DNA of 62,795 nt, filler included, from Bipalium vagum (Eukaryota): assembly GCA_037834085.1 (NCBI GenBank). It is 3 parts of 3 records of this genome, joined end to end, with 100 filler letters (N's around TTAATTAATTAA, not from the genome) between each part and the next. Parts side by side here need not be neighbours in the genome. Positions count along the whole stretch, not along the records: positions 27,264 to 43,484 come from JBBMKC010122133.1; positions 43,585 to 62,795 come from JBBMKC010007400.1; 1 more part is not named here. One strand, written 5' to 3'. The translations under genes were made by a program, and so were the position numbers. The notes beneath the pieces are model-generated. The model saw only the letters and a list, made by a program, of their open reading frames with translations. It was not told where the DNA came from and did no database searches. Of this stretch, positions 40,079-53,400 are shown piece by piece (within the stretch, counting starts at the first letter, position 1; every line of letters begins with the position of its first letter).

Positions 40079-43000
40079 TAATTATTTAGGAAAATAATAA
40101 AAAAATGACATTTTCGAGAAGTCTTTTAAAGAAATGATTCACAGAATAAAATAGGAAAATCTTTCTGATATAAATTGTATATACTTATACATTAAAAACC
40201 AAGAAACTTTTATAGAACCTTATTTTTTAAAATGAAAGATCTTTTGCCTATGAAGCGATAATGTTATAATTTAAAAATTCGACGTGAGTTCACAATTATT
40301 GATTCTCTTTATTTATTTCTCTTTACACAAAAATCAAAAAATATTTCATTTGAATTATTCTTTTTTGCTTATGATCATTTTTATTTCTTTTAAGTCGGGT
40401 GTTGTTATCAAATTTAGTTTAATAACTTTCTCATCTTTTCAATACCTTTAGTTTCTGAAAATGTTCCCTTCATCCACCCATTTTTGATTGTTCAATTTCT
40501 TCATTAGTTAAATTTTATGAAAAAAAATGATTTTATTTTAGAAAATCAATGGATACTTTAAAAAATATTAATTTATAAAGGCGTACAATAAGGCGTACTC
40601 TTTAATATTCGATTCCATTTAAATCATGTGTAATGTGTCCCGTGAAAATCCATTAACAAAACTTCAAACAATACCACCTGTATCACCGCCTGACAATAGG
40701 ACAATGACAAAAAGCGCATAAAAAATACAAGCACCATTCTACAAATATTTTTCGATGATTTCTGTGCTGAGGACCGATATTAAAAAAAGACCAATACAGT
40801 TGGAATGTACAACAATACAAAAGTGCAAAAAATATAAAAAGACCAAAACAAAAACAACGGCCTTTACAGACCAAAATAAAAGATTCCTTCGTGCCTTCTT
40901 CCGTTGTCGACATTCAAAATTGAATAAAAAGAAAACGTAAAAGACAATGAATGAAGGCAACGGGGTGTGACCAACGCATATTTTAAAAATCAGATTAGAC
41001 CACGTACAATTTCCCAAATTGCAGAACCAATCGTGTATCAGTGTAGAAAGAGCTGTCGTATTCAACCTAAATATTTGATTTTCAAAAAAGAAATTTTGTG
41101 AAAAGAAAACCTCCTACATGTTTTTCACTGTGATATATGAATCGGGAGTCAATATGATGATGGCCAAACTGTGGATAAGCAATATCATGCTCCGGAAACT
41201 TGTCTTCTTGTTCAAGCTCATTTTAACCCCTTTGGTGTTCGCAAAAAAAGTAATGATCTGAAAATGAAGAGGAACATATAGAACAGCAACAAAGGGGTCG
41301 TCAACAATTGTTAAAATATATAGTACAAAATTGAATGTTTGGATTTTCAAAAATTTGACTTTGTTAAAAATAATAATTTTATTTTTTATATAAAACCGAT
41401 TTTTACGGAAGTCAGAATTGTTTTTTATTTTATATTTTCAGAAAATATAAAAATATTTTTATTCTTTCGACATTTTTAATATATTATTTCTTAATATAAT
41501 TTTTTTATTATAGGAAAACTACAATTTATCTACTTGATTTTTGTTTATTGTGCCTTTGGTTACCTAATTGAAGTAGAAGACAAATAGAAATATTTTTTCA
41601 TGAATAACTTTTATTAAAAAAAATGTTCTAATTTTTTGTTAGGAAGTTTTTATTTTTCCAATAAGTAATATTCTTGAAGAAATTATTTCACCTAAATTCC
41701 TTATTTAATTCAATGATTTTGCTTCGCTTCTAAAACACATATCTGGGTAAATTACTTTATCTAAATGTTTTATAAAATATTTTTCTATAAATTTCTTTTT
41801 AAATTATTCTATTATAATAGAAACAAACCAAAATCTGTTTTAAGTAAATCAATATATCGACAAAAATGGATTAAAAATGTTTAAATATTTAAATTTACAA
41901 ATTAAAACTGGCCATATTATTTGAGAAGTTAAATAACATATTTAAGTATTTTTAAACTCCAATGTGGTTAGCACGCTTATGCCATTGCCTGCGTTTTTGA
42001 AAAAAAGAGAAATGTGCGGATTGCGGAAAATAATGAAAATCACAGTAAAAGTTCTAATTATTTTAGTTATTTTATATCATTACTTGTTCAAAAAAACAAA
42101 AGAAATTAAACATTTTTCTTCTTAAAAATAATTTTTCTGTTTCAGTCTTTTCAGACCATTAGGTAACCACAAAACACAACACAAAACTCTAAGGAAAAGT
42201 TAGATAAAGGGAAAAATGTTTTACCTTTACCATTTGTAATTATTATAAAAACATTTACATCACTAAAAAAATATTTTTTTATTTATCTATTATGTTAATT
42301 TAACTTTTTTCAATTTAAAAATAAAATATTACATAAATTTTAAAAAGTAGGCTTCAAACAAACTTAAAATTCTTCTTTTTTTAAAAAATAATTTTAATTT
42401 TTTTAATTTAACTGGATTTTCAAACAATGAAAAATAAATTTTCTTAAATTTTTAACGGAAAAATATATGATAAAAAATTAATTCGTTTTTATTATTTATA
42501 TTTTTGAAATAAAACAATTTTTCGAACAATGAAAATTTTATTTTAATTCTTTTCCGATAAATTTATTTTATTATACTTCGTCTTCATGACTATAACGAGT
42601 ATTTTTTTTTATTATTTTAACATTTTTCTTGAAAAATCAAAAAATTAAAAACATATATTTTCAATATTACTTTTATTATTATAAACTGTTTTTATTTATT
42701 TAAATTTTGAGGACATTGCTTTTGTACGTAAAAGTAACAATGTTTTTTATGACCTACAAAATAACCTGTTTTTTTACCTACAATACCATACCAAAGTCAA
42801 TAATAACAGGAAAAATAACCATTGACAACCAACAGTTATAGTTTTATTAACAAATTCATCGTTTTGTCAAATCATAGCTATTTTGGTAATGCAACCACAT
42901 AAAGTCTTGAAGAAAATCATCTCCGAGGTTATTATATGCTCCATGCCTAGCTTTCAGCTTTTCTTTGATCTTGTCGTTCTGAATGTGGGCATTGTGGTCA

Positions 43001-43484
43001 TAATCAACAAACTGACATTTATGACAAACCGATTCATGTATACATGTCTTGTTTCATTTCATAAGTTGAATTATAATTTAACGAGTGCAATACAAAAATT
43101 TTTGCAATAAGTAATCTTAATATAAGTTTAATTTAAGAAATGTGTGAAAAATGATCCAATGTGTATAATTTGACCTACATTATTGCACTAGGTCAAAAAA
43201 CATTGTCCAATTTTCACACAATTTAAAATTGATTTTATTTTATTTTAAAATTTTTTTAGAAAAAGAATATATACATGTACTCCAATAATTATCCGTACGA
43301 TGATATGTAAATATTTTCGAGATAATTTTTGTATGGAAAATCAATACTTATGAAATAAATTTTTGGTGTTAACAATACGTTAATTTTCAATGCGTTTATT
43401 TATAAGAGTTTTTGTAGAATTGTTATCAAGAAAATATTTAAATTATCGTAATTAAAATTATTTTATGGATATTAATGCACAATA

Positions 43485-43584
43485 NNNNNNNNNNNNNNNN
43501 NNNNNNNNNNNNNNNNNNNNNNNNNNNNTTAATTAATTAANNNNNNNNNNNNNNNNNNNNNNNNNNNNNNNNNNNNNNNNNNNN
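43485..43584. other. Artificial contig-joining spacer
   Basis: Identical 44N-TTAATTAATTAA-44N structure. Confidence 0.97.
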
Positions 43585-43611
43585 TATTATTATTATTATT
43601 ATTATTATTAT

Positions 43612-43658
<47 letters not shown>

Positions 43659-43789
43659 TTACACTTCTGACCCTATTGCAGTCTTAATAATTAATTAATA
43701 ATAATTATTAATAATCTAGATCCTTTTGTAGTCTTTATCATTTAATTCGTATCAGGGTTAACAGGGATTTATCCTTGGCTAACCCAATA
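43585..43789 (-). mobile_element. Probable LTR 5' end running into (CTA)n(ATA)n and the spacer; candidate 3' LTR of the Gypsy element
   Basis: Minus-strand start TATTGGGTTAGCCAAGG resembles TGTTGGGTTTGCCAAAG of 48863 and is followed by a trinucleotide microsatellite. Confidence 0.4.
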
Positions 43790-44564
43790 TTTTTATAGAT
43801 TTTTTATTCTCAATATTTTTTCTCACATTTTGAAGAGTACATCAAAAAAATTTTAAAACTTAAAATTATTCTCTTCGTTTTCAAGGTTAAATTAAGGTTT
43901 AATTTATATTTAGAATAAATCAAGCTACAAAAACAATTATTATTTGATGAGTTGGAAAATATAATGGAAAACTTGAAATTTGAGATGAAAAATTATTATG
44001 CTTTCTTTGTGAAAAATAATTATGTATAATATAGAAAATTAAATATTGTACTATACCTTGGAAATTTTTTAATAATTTACTCTCTGCCAACAATCACTTT
44101 TTAAAGAAAATATCAGTTTTCATTGTTATGTAAATGTTAACTTCGATTACAAATTATAAAGCTCTTATTTATCAATAATATTTATAATGATGTAAATAAA
44201 CCCTATGTGCGATATGGGCCTATTAATTATATTATTTTTATTTTGAAGTCACAAAGAAATAAAAATTAAATTCCATGTTTGTTATAAATTGACTTGTCTA
44301 CTAAAATTAATCAAAATAAAATTTTATTAATTAACGTTAAAGAATTTTTTTCGAAATATTTTTATTTTACGAATTTCTTCAGGATAAAACCGAAGTATTT
44401 GCTGATGTTGTAATAGTGATTGAAAAATTTAGTTTTGAAATATGGAGAATTTTTTATTAAAACTTACTTAAGAAAAATCAATAATTTATGCAATTTTTAA
44501 TATTTTCAAAGCAAAATCAAAAATTGTGTTCTTAGTTTAATTTACTTGTAATTCTACACGTATA

Positions 44565-47500
44565 TTTATACTTTATGTTTCTGACAGATTTCGCATTGCT
44601 TGATGACTTCTCTTACTGTTTCTCTCTGGTTTTTCATATCGTATAAATCAGCTGTATAATTAATAACTTTCTCAGTCCCAGCATGTGTTAGAGATCTAGG
44701 TATCTCTTCCAATAACATTTGGCTCTTATTTTTTGGAATCCATATCTTTCCTTAGACCATTTTGACCATATCATCTTCCAAGCGAAAATAAGATGTTTTT
44801 CTAAATTCTTTTTAATATAATTGATTTCATTTTCATATGCTGTCTCTTCATTTACTATATTTCTCTGGTCTTTTTTCTGTCTTTGGCTTTTCAAGAATCA
44901 TCATACACTGAGAGCATGTACCGCAACTTTTTCTCGATAACATGTCTACATTCGTGTGCTCAATTCATTTTCTGTATTTAATGTATATACCTAAGCTGCT
45001 GATATAGTTCATCCACGTCTGAAATTGTGGTGTTATTGGCTTTTATGTCTTAAACATGAATTCTATTGCTTTGTGATCTTTTCTCACTAGAAATTTTTTG
45101 CCATACAATGCTTAAAATGGTTAAAAAACTAATCGATTGCTAATAATTCCTTTTTTGTAATGCAGTTTTTCTTTTCATTGACTGTTCATTGCATGTGATC
45201 CGTACGCAATCATTCTCTCTTTTCCATTATCCTCTGCCTGTGACAACACTGCTCCAATCGCTTTAAAACTATCGTCAGTGTTTAATATAAACGTAAACGT
45301 TTCTTTGTTGACTGGAAAGGCGTTTTTGTTAGCGACTTTTTCAAGTCTTGAAAGGCTACATTTCATGTTTTGGTGCATATTAATTTCTTATTGTTCTTCC
45401 CACACAATTGTTCTAACACTCTTGATTTTTTGCATAAGCTTGCATATTCATTGATAAATTTTCGATAATAATTACAAATTCTTAGAAAGATTTTTAAATT
45501 TTTTACGCAATTTGGCCTCTCAAAGTTTCTGGTTGCTTCAATTTTCGCGTGGTCTGTCTTGATTCTTTGTTTGTCAATTATATATCCTAGAAATTTGACT
45601 TCTGTTCTTAGTAGATGGCATTTCTCTGGATTCACTATATTACTATATGCATTACCCAAATCAATCGTATTAAAATATTTCGCTCCTTCTAATCCATCCA
45701 ATAAATCCTTTATGTTTGGCATCGGAAAAGCCTGATGTTCAGTCACCTGGTTCAGCTTTCTAAACTTGACATCTTTTCTTTTTTTTCCATATACAAATTA
45801 GTGGCGTGTTCCATGACAAGTTGCATCTTTTAAATATTCGGTTCTCAAATAAATTCTTAATGGTTTTATCGATTTTCTCTTCTAAATGCATCGGCTGCCC
45901 CACGATTTCGTGTTAATTGGTCCACCAGTAATTTTGATCTCATGCTTGATCATTTTTGTGCATTCAATATCCCATGGATGTGTCATGAATACTTTTTTTC
46001 TATCACTTCCAAGAGCTTCTTGTCTTCGACGGTAACTAATATCTTTTTTGTCCTCAGTACACGCTCTTCAACTTTAACAACTCTTCCAAACTTGGCCTCA
46101 ATGTTACACATCTGTGAGACTTCCGTTTCCACGGAAATCTTCATTAATTTAAATCCGAACGTTGTCAAAAAATTATTCCTTCAATCAGCTCTGGTGAAAC
46201 CTGCTCTACAATTGTGAGTGACATCGATCCAGCTCTATCTCCAATATAAATATCAACTGTTATATTTCCTACCGCAGTATTATTCGCAGTCTTTATGGTC
46301 TCCGTGTATCTTTGTATTTCTATATTGCCTAATTCTAGAAAAATATTCCGACTCATAGTAAGTATCCAGTAAACATTCCATTTCGTGTTTATGTATATTA
46401 ACAGTTATACTTGACCTTCTTTTCATCACGTTATACTAATACTCTGTTCTTTAAAATTATTCAGGGCTAGTATCTCCATTCTCAAAATTCTTCTTTAAAA
46501 TCTATTCAACTTTTTGAATTCTCTCTTTTGCCCTGACACTTTTTCATTTTCACTATCACTTTTCACATTCTCTATTACATTCCTCTCCTTGCGAAACCAT
46601 ATTCCTACATCTGGTTCAAGGCTCCGATCAACTCGACTTCGGACGGAGCCCGACCTTTTTGGTATTCATAGTACGTGTCTGTTTATCTTTCTCTATTTCC
46701 ATATAGTCTTTTTCTGATTTCTAATGTTGAAAACGTCTCCACCGTTTCTTCTGATATCTCATTCAAATTTCTCTGAAATTCATTACTTCTTCTTTTCGGT
46801 TCCTCTTTTTCTCTCATAATTATATCGTTGTCTGATGGTCCTTATTTTTGGTTCACTGGTGTAGCAATCTTTTTCATGGTGGTCCTTTCCATGGCAACGA
46901 TTGCACTTCACTTTGTTTCAAACTCTTTTTATATGTTCTTCCGAACCACATGCAAAACATTTTCTTCTATTTCGATTTTGACAATCTTTTTTGATGTACC
47001 CTACTTTGTTATAACTGTTACAGACCACATCTGATTTGCTTCTTTCTGGTTGCTGTCTGTTTTCATTTTTTAGACGTTATTATTATAAGTCTTCTGATAA
47101 GCGAAGCATGGTTTTCTGTTTTCAACTTTTTTAATACATCTCTATAAAATACCACACGTACTTCTTCTGGCACCAATCTTCCTTAATCAAATCTCTTCAT
47201 TTCTTTTATTATTTCTTCTGAATCCTTTCTTTGCAAATGTTGTCACATCTCTTTGTTTTTGCAACAGTGCAGCAATAATTCACGTTTCAGAGTTTCTTTA
47301 CTCTCCATTAATCGGTCAGCAAATTCGGTGATTCTTTTTACATACAAGTCGACATCTTCTCTACGCTTATAATTGAACGCCTCTTTAAGGTCCTTCGCCC
47401 TTGATTTTACTTTCCAGAATGACTTTTTCATTCGTACTTCATAGTCAGTCTTTGAATTAGTTAACTCATACTTCTCTCAAAGTTTTTTTCCATGAATCCT

Positions 47501-48863
47501 ACGACGGTTAATTCTCTAACGTTTTTGGGTAATCAAAACATGTCGAAATAATCATTACACTTGTGTAGAAACTTATCGAGGTCACCTGATCTTCGAAATA
47601 ATTCTGGCTTGAGTGACTTGACTAAGAATTTTCTGGTGTTAATCGTCATAATAGCTGCGATATCAAAAAATTAGTCATAGTTTTAAAGATATATTTTTGA
47701 ATTATTTGTAAAATAATAATACTTTTAAAAATTTCAATTCTTAATAAATTAATATATTGTGCTCTTATTCATTTCAATAAAAATTATTTTATTTGCAAAA
47801 TACTTACACAAAATGAAATCAAATAAATATTAAAATTAAGTTTACAATTAATTAAAAATTTAAATAAGGCACAATATAAAAATTCAAAAATTAGAAATCA
47901 GTTTAAATACTCACACTTATGTTGTGTTTGTTTTACTTTTACAGTTACAAAAATTTTAATTCAGTTATATAAAAAACTCTAACAATAAAACTCTAACTCT
48001 ATTCGCACCACAAATTGAATCAAAAAAATCGCAGTAAAACTTTATTATGATGCAAAAATAAAAAAATACACGAATCACAAAAATTAAAATCAATCCAAGA
48101 ATGACTACTAATCAAATTTCTAAAAATTAAAAAGTCAAAACTGATAAACTGTCCGAAAAATCAACTCTCCTTAATCGTAAATTAACAAAAATGAACGTTA
48201 CAATAATTTATGGATAAGAACAATACTTAATGTAAATATAATGAAGTTCAATAGACTTAAAAATTAAGAACAAAAATAAAAAGAGGAGCGACAATGACTT
48301 CCTGGGTAGTCTTCTAGGTTCTTCTCAGGTCCCCTGGTAATTCCCAAGCTCATCATACCTGGTCATAAATGAAATTACTGAAATAAAAGGTAATCTTCTT
48401 TGTCCAACTGTTTCTGACAAAATAATCTTCCGTTGGACGAACTGTAATAACAATCTTCACTTCCTTCAACTGTTCTCCAAAATCAACAATGAACAATAAT
48501 AATTTCTACTCTTTTTCTGGGTGGCTTTCTGTGAATAGCCGTCTTTTTATACAGTCGTAGAAGTTGGTCTACGATCACCAACATCTACGCTTTTAGACAG
48601 CTATTTCCCTTAAAAGCCCATAAATTCTAACTTATTTTCCGATATAAAGTAGGTAAAATATTTTTAAAAAATTATTGTCCTGACGACGGGACACATTCCT
48701 ATAACTAATATTTTATTACCCAAATATATCGAAATCTCGACGTCGAAAAGTTTTTAATTAATATTAATATTATCTACGACCTTTATGTGTTTATTATTAT
48801 TATTATAATTATCATTATTATTATTATTCATCTTTACTGTTTGTGTCTTTGGCAAACCCAACA
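44565..48863 (-). mobile_element. Decayed Gypsy/Ty3 LTR retrotransposon (5' LTR, gag, protease, RT, RNase H, integrase H2C2), truncated within integrase
   Basis: Gag start MTINTRKFL..KPELFRRSGDLDKFL (about 47650); three CCHC knuckles (about 47030-46855); protease ECLLDT (about 46370); RT FPMPNIKDLLDGLEGAKYFNTIDLGNAY..VKFLGY..FLRICNYYRKFI; RNase H FILNTDDSFKAIGAVLSQ..IAYGS; integrase HAG...CEICQK. Domain order PR-RT-RH-INT, with many stops and frameshifts. Confidence 0.93.
47920..48863 (-). repeat. 5' LTR of the Gypsy element (LTR family B)
   Basis: Termini TGTTGTGTTTG...CAAACCCAACA form an 11-nt imperfect inverted repeat. Directly upstream of gag; TATAAAAA (48544-48551) and AATAAA on the minus strand; homologous to 27936-28760 and 37011-37983. 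Confidence 0.85.
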
Positions 48864-49306
48864 TAAGCAATGACTTTAAAAAGTTATAAAATAATAATTT
48901 TTCACCAGTAATTTTAATATCATTCGAAGTCACCTGTTAATGATAAAATAGTTAATTATAATAACGTATATTAAACTGGATTTTTTAAAATTTTGATATC
49001 TAAGTATTATTATGTAATTAATAATGCGAAAATTTTATTTTTAAAATGTTATACAAATATAATATGTACAATTACTTTATTATTTTAGCATAATGGAATA
49101 GGGTAAAAAATGAGGTTATAATTATGCATTTCTCAATAACAATATTATAAATATATTTTAATACAAGAAACATAATTTGTTTTATTAATTTAATTTCCAA
49201 TTTTTTCTTCTCTTGAAATCTTGAATATATGTGCATGGTCACATATGTTATGCCATTTTTTTCAATAAAAAAATTTACTATTAATAATAAATAAATACTA
49301 TTTTAG

Positions 49307-50499
49307 AGATGGATACATTGCTTACTGATTTCGGAAGGTCAATAAGCTATGACACTCAACGTTATGCATCCAACGATAGTGGTTTGTCATCAAATAGTAA
49401 TGGTGGTGAAATGGATAGTAAAAATCTTTCGTTTCTGGATTTTCATTGCGATGATCTCACTAAATCGCTGTTCATAAATTCGATAGGAGGCAATGAATTA
49501 ATTCACGATGATGATATTTACTCGTACAAAAGTAAATTAGAAATTCAGAATATGTTTAACCACAAACCTTATGCTTTCAATTTCCCGAAATCTGATAATT
49601 TAAAAACCAAAAGTTTCTGTTCATTTTCAACTATTATTCAAGACCTAGAAAACCTGAAGGAATCAGAACCTTTGTACAAGTATCCGTCAAATATTCCAGT
49701 TATCGATTTGAGTTTAAAAGAAAAACATGTCAATCTAACAACAAATACGAAGCAAAATGATGAATACATGAACGATTTTAAGAATGAATTTCTAGAAAAG
49801 GCAAAAGTGAGGAAAACAACAAAAAAGATGAGGCAGCTGAATGGTGCAAATAATGTTCAAGAATATGTCTCTTCGTCAATTAAAAATTACAAGGGAAACA
49901 AGAGTTTGAATGAAATCGTTCAGTTCATTCAGGGAACCCCAACAACTACTAAACAAAATCCAAGCAAATCAAAATCAGAAAAGAGTCCCGCATCCACAGT
50001 GAAATATGAAGTGACAGCAACAAAATCGACCCAATCCTCTCCGGAATTGAGTGATTCTGAAAAGTTTAAGCAACAGCTTATTGCCTCTAAACAGAGTAGT
50101 GTTACCAACAGTATCACCATCGATGGCGATTCAGGCACCCAGTCGAATTTTGTGTCGCTGAACAATTCGGACGAAGACGTACACACTTCTCCCAACAACG
50201 ATTTCAAAGAGGTCCTTTCAAAGAGTCGTAAGAAACAAGTCAAGCAAACAGCAACCAAGTCCAACGAGCTCGCTAGATCATCACCATCGTTATCACCCAA
50301 TGGTCCTGTTAAGTCGACGAAAAAATTAGTCAAAAATCAAAATTCGACAAAGAAAGTCAATCAAAAATTGCGAAACATTAAACAGTTCTCAGAACCGGCA
50401 GCGGTGAAACCAGATATCGATTTATTGGACACAAAAGATGCACTTCAGAAGTTTTTGTCTAATCAATTTACATTTTTCATGCAACTATCCGCTAACACC
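49307..50499 (+). CDS. Large exon (about 397 codons) of an uncharacterised Ser/Lys/Asn-rich, probably largely disordered protein
   Basis: 402-aa ORF immediately preceded by a TTTTAG acceptor, with a strong ACC|GTAAGT donor at 50500 before the ORF stop. Short candidate motifs NYKGNKSLNEIVQFIQG and FKEVLSKSRKK. Downstream 51780-53700 looks like a last exon/3'UTR. Confidence 0.75.
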
Positions 50500-53400
50500 G
50501 TAAGTCTATTTTTTTAATTTCGTTGTTTCTTTATTCGAATTCATATTTTGTTATTTTCTTTAAAATTATAGATTATTAATATACAATTAAAAATATTTTT
50601 TTCGATAGTAATGGAAATTTGAAAATTATTGAACAGTTGGACAATATTACGAAATGAATTTTTTTGTCATTGCGTCATTAAATTCGTTGAAAAAATTCAT
50701 TATTTTTATTGGCCAATAGTAATCATGATCATTAACGCCAGTATATTTTCCATTAAAACAGTTTATTGACCGTTAAAGATCATTTTCGTAAAGGTCACCA
50801 TGTTTCCGACTGGCGAAAACCGTTTTTCTTTTTATATGTTTAACAGTGATTGATTCTGACAACACTCGAGCGCTGTTAAATAATAATAATCAGATAAAAT
50901 CTTGTCAGATATCAATAAAGATCACTTAAAATCTAATGAAACACACTAGGGGACATGGCGACTGAAAAAATGATTTGATTAAAAACCTTTGAAACCCCAT
51001 TCGTCTTTTTAAAGTTTACGGAATACTCTAATACTATTGATTTTCAATTTATCTCACAGTTAACATTCTTGATTTAAAAATAACTTTAAAGATATTTTCT
51101 AAAAATTTATTTAGTTTTCATTATAACAGACTGATGAGCATTCAAAAGAATATTGATTAATATAGAAAAATTTTATCGATTTTATTAAGTCGACCTCAAT
51201 CTTAGTTAAATTTCGTCAATTTATTTTTAATTATCAATTACTATTATTATCATAATAACTGTTTTAAATAAAACTTACTCTGTTCTTAAATTGTTTATCG
51301 GTTTTAATTGTTGAATTTAAATTATTGACGAAAATTTGTTTTTCTGGCACATTAAATTGCTACGGAGTTTTAAAATCAAATTGCTTTTAATTATTCATTC
51401 TAACTACCAAGAGTTTTCAATTAAAATATATGATAAACATTTTCGTTTCCTTAAAAAATTTTTATCTGTATGAAAATCGATTTATCTTTTAAAAGGAAAT
51501 ATTATTTTAATATCAATTTCAAAGGTTTATAAAAATGAAAGTCGGATAATATAGGTAGAATTTTATATAAATTTGAAGTTTCTTGTTTAAAATGTGACCA
51601 TTTTTGTATTATCAATTAATATTGAATTTGAGGAGCACTTTTAAAATTTTGTTATCGATTTTAATTGCACACTTAAAGATTCTCAAGATGAAGTTTTTTA
51701 ATTTGACAAATCTTATTATCGATAGTCAATTATCTAAGGAACTAACTTCTTTTTAAACACTAAGTCATTTTTTCTCGCTTAGCTGTCACTATGACGATTT
51801 CGACACCACAATCTTTTTCTGAATCTGAAACACTAAAAAATGGAGACATGTTCAGGTTACATCATAATCATTAATCGCTCCGTTGAATTTTTAATGTCCC
51901 AGAAATAGTTTTCCTTATCATTTATTATCAATTATTTTTGTGTTATCTCTATGTATAAAATCAATTGCGTCTCAACACGGATATATTATTGATATGAATT
52001 AATGACACCCGTTTTTTTCGTATCGTTACTTGTCACATTAATAATAATCATGGTCATGAGTCCGTTAAATTTGATGTTGCGTCGTTCCAGGTATCTTGAT
52101 TGTGACTGGTTTTGTGTAATCATGGATTTTCATTGCTCACAATGTGGTTTAGTGCTGGTGGTGATGGTGGTAGTGGTGGTGACGGTTTTAGATAATGATA
52201 GTGGTCGTCGTCGTACTTTACCATTGGTGGCGTTGTGGTGATGGTAGTTGATGATAATAATATTTTAATATTATTAATAATCAATGAACAGTATTTTTGT
52301 TTTTGCAAATTATCTATAATAGTTTAGGTCGCTCAAAAAACATTATTTGTATTGTGTCGCGTGTATTATCGGTAGCATCAGCATCAGCAGCGTTATTTTT
52401 TTGTACTAGCTTTTTTAAATATGTGTAGCTATTTTTCCAATTAGATTTTTCGTTTTGACTGCTATTTTTACCTTTTGCGTGTCTGTTTGTGTGTAAATAA
52501 ATTTTTTGTGGAGGTGATGGTGGGGAAGAGGAGGAGATGGAAGCGGAGACTCAACAAATTTCATTTTTTAGAACAATGGAATATAGATATTTTCTTCGTG
52601 TGGCTTTTCTGTTCTCCGTTGCCATGGTTTTGGAATATTTTGCCGATTGCTTTTGTGTGTTAGTATGGATTTTTAGAAATACGATCAATTATTATTTGGT
52701 ACTCTCTCTCAACGGACCGAGATTGAGACAAATAGATTATCGATTAGCGAGTTTTTTTGTTATTGATTATTTAATTGTGACTATTTTTTATCGGTTTGGC
52801 TTTCGAACAATTAGAAATTTTAAATATCGACTATGAACATTATTTTTTTCATTGTGTATCGGTCTGCTCTGTTCTGTTTTAAAAATGTGCTGTGACCTGT
52901 TTTACACATGTAATTAGACGTCGTGTATCCATCGCAACAAAACATTGAAGTCCAACAACGAACGGAAACTTATTTTGTAAAAAATTTTTAGTGAATTTAA
53001 AATACATTTAATCGAAATGAAAACCAAAAATGTTTCGTTTTTTTTATTGTTACTAACTCTCCGGGGTTACTATTTCAAACGACAGACATACATTCACAAT
53101 TTATAAATTGGCGTAAGTTTTCCGTTTTGTGTTTTCAATCGTTTCGGAAAGGTAGGCATCGGAAAGGTTAAAGTACATTTATGGTATGGTAGTTGAACGA
53201 GTGCGGGTGCACTGACACGTGGTTTTCAAGTTGAAAACTAACCTTTGCAACCGCGAAATTGTTTCTGTATTTTTTGAGTGTTTAAAATGAGTTACAGAAT
53301 CAATGAATATAGAGAATGTCAAGTAGGAAAAAGGCTTTGTCTGGAAACTAGGACAACGATTTGAAGGATTTTAATTTTGTTAAGCGGAACCGTTTGTATT

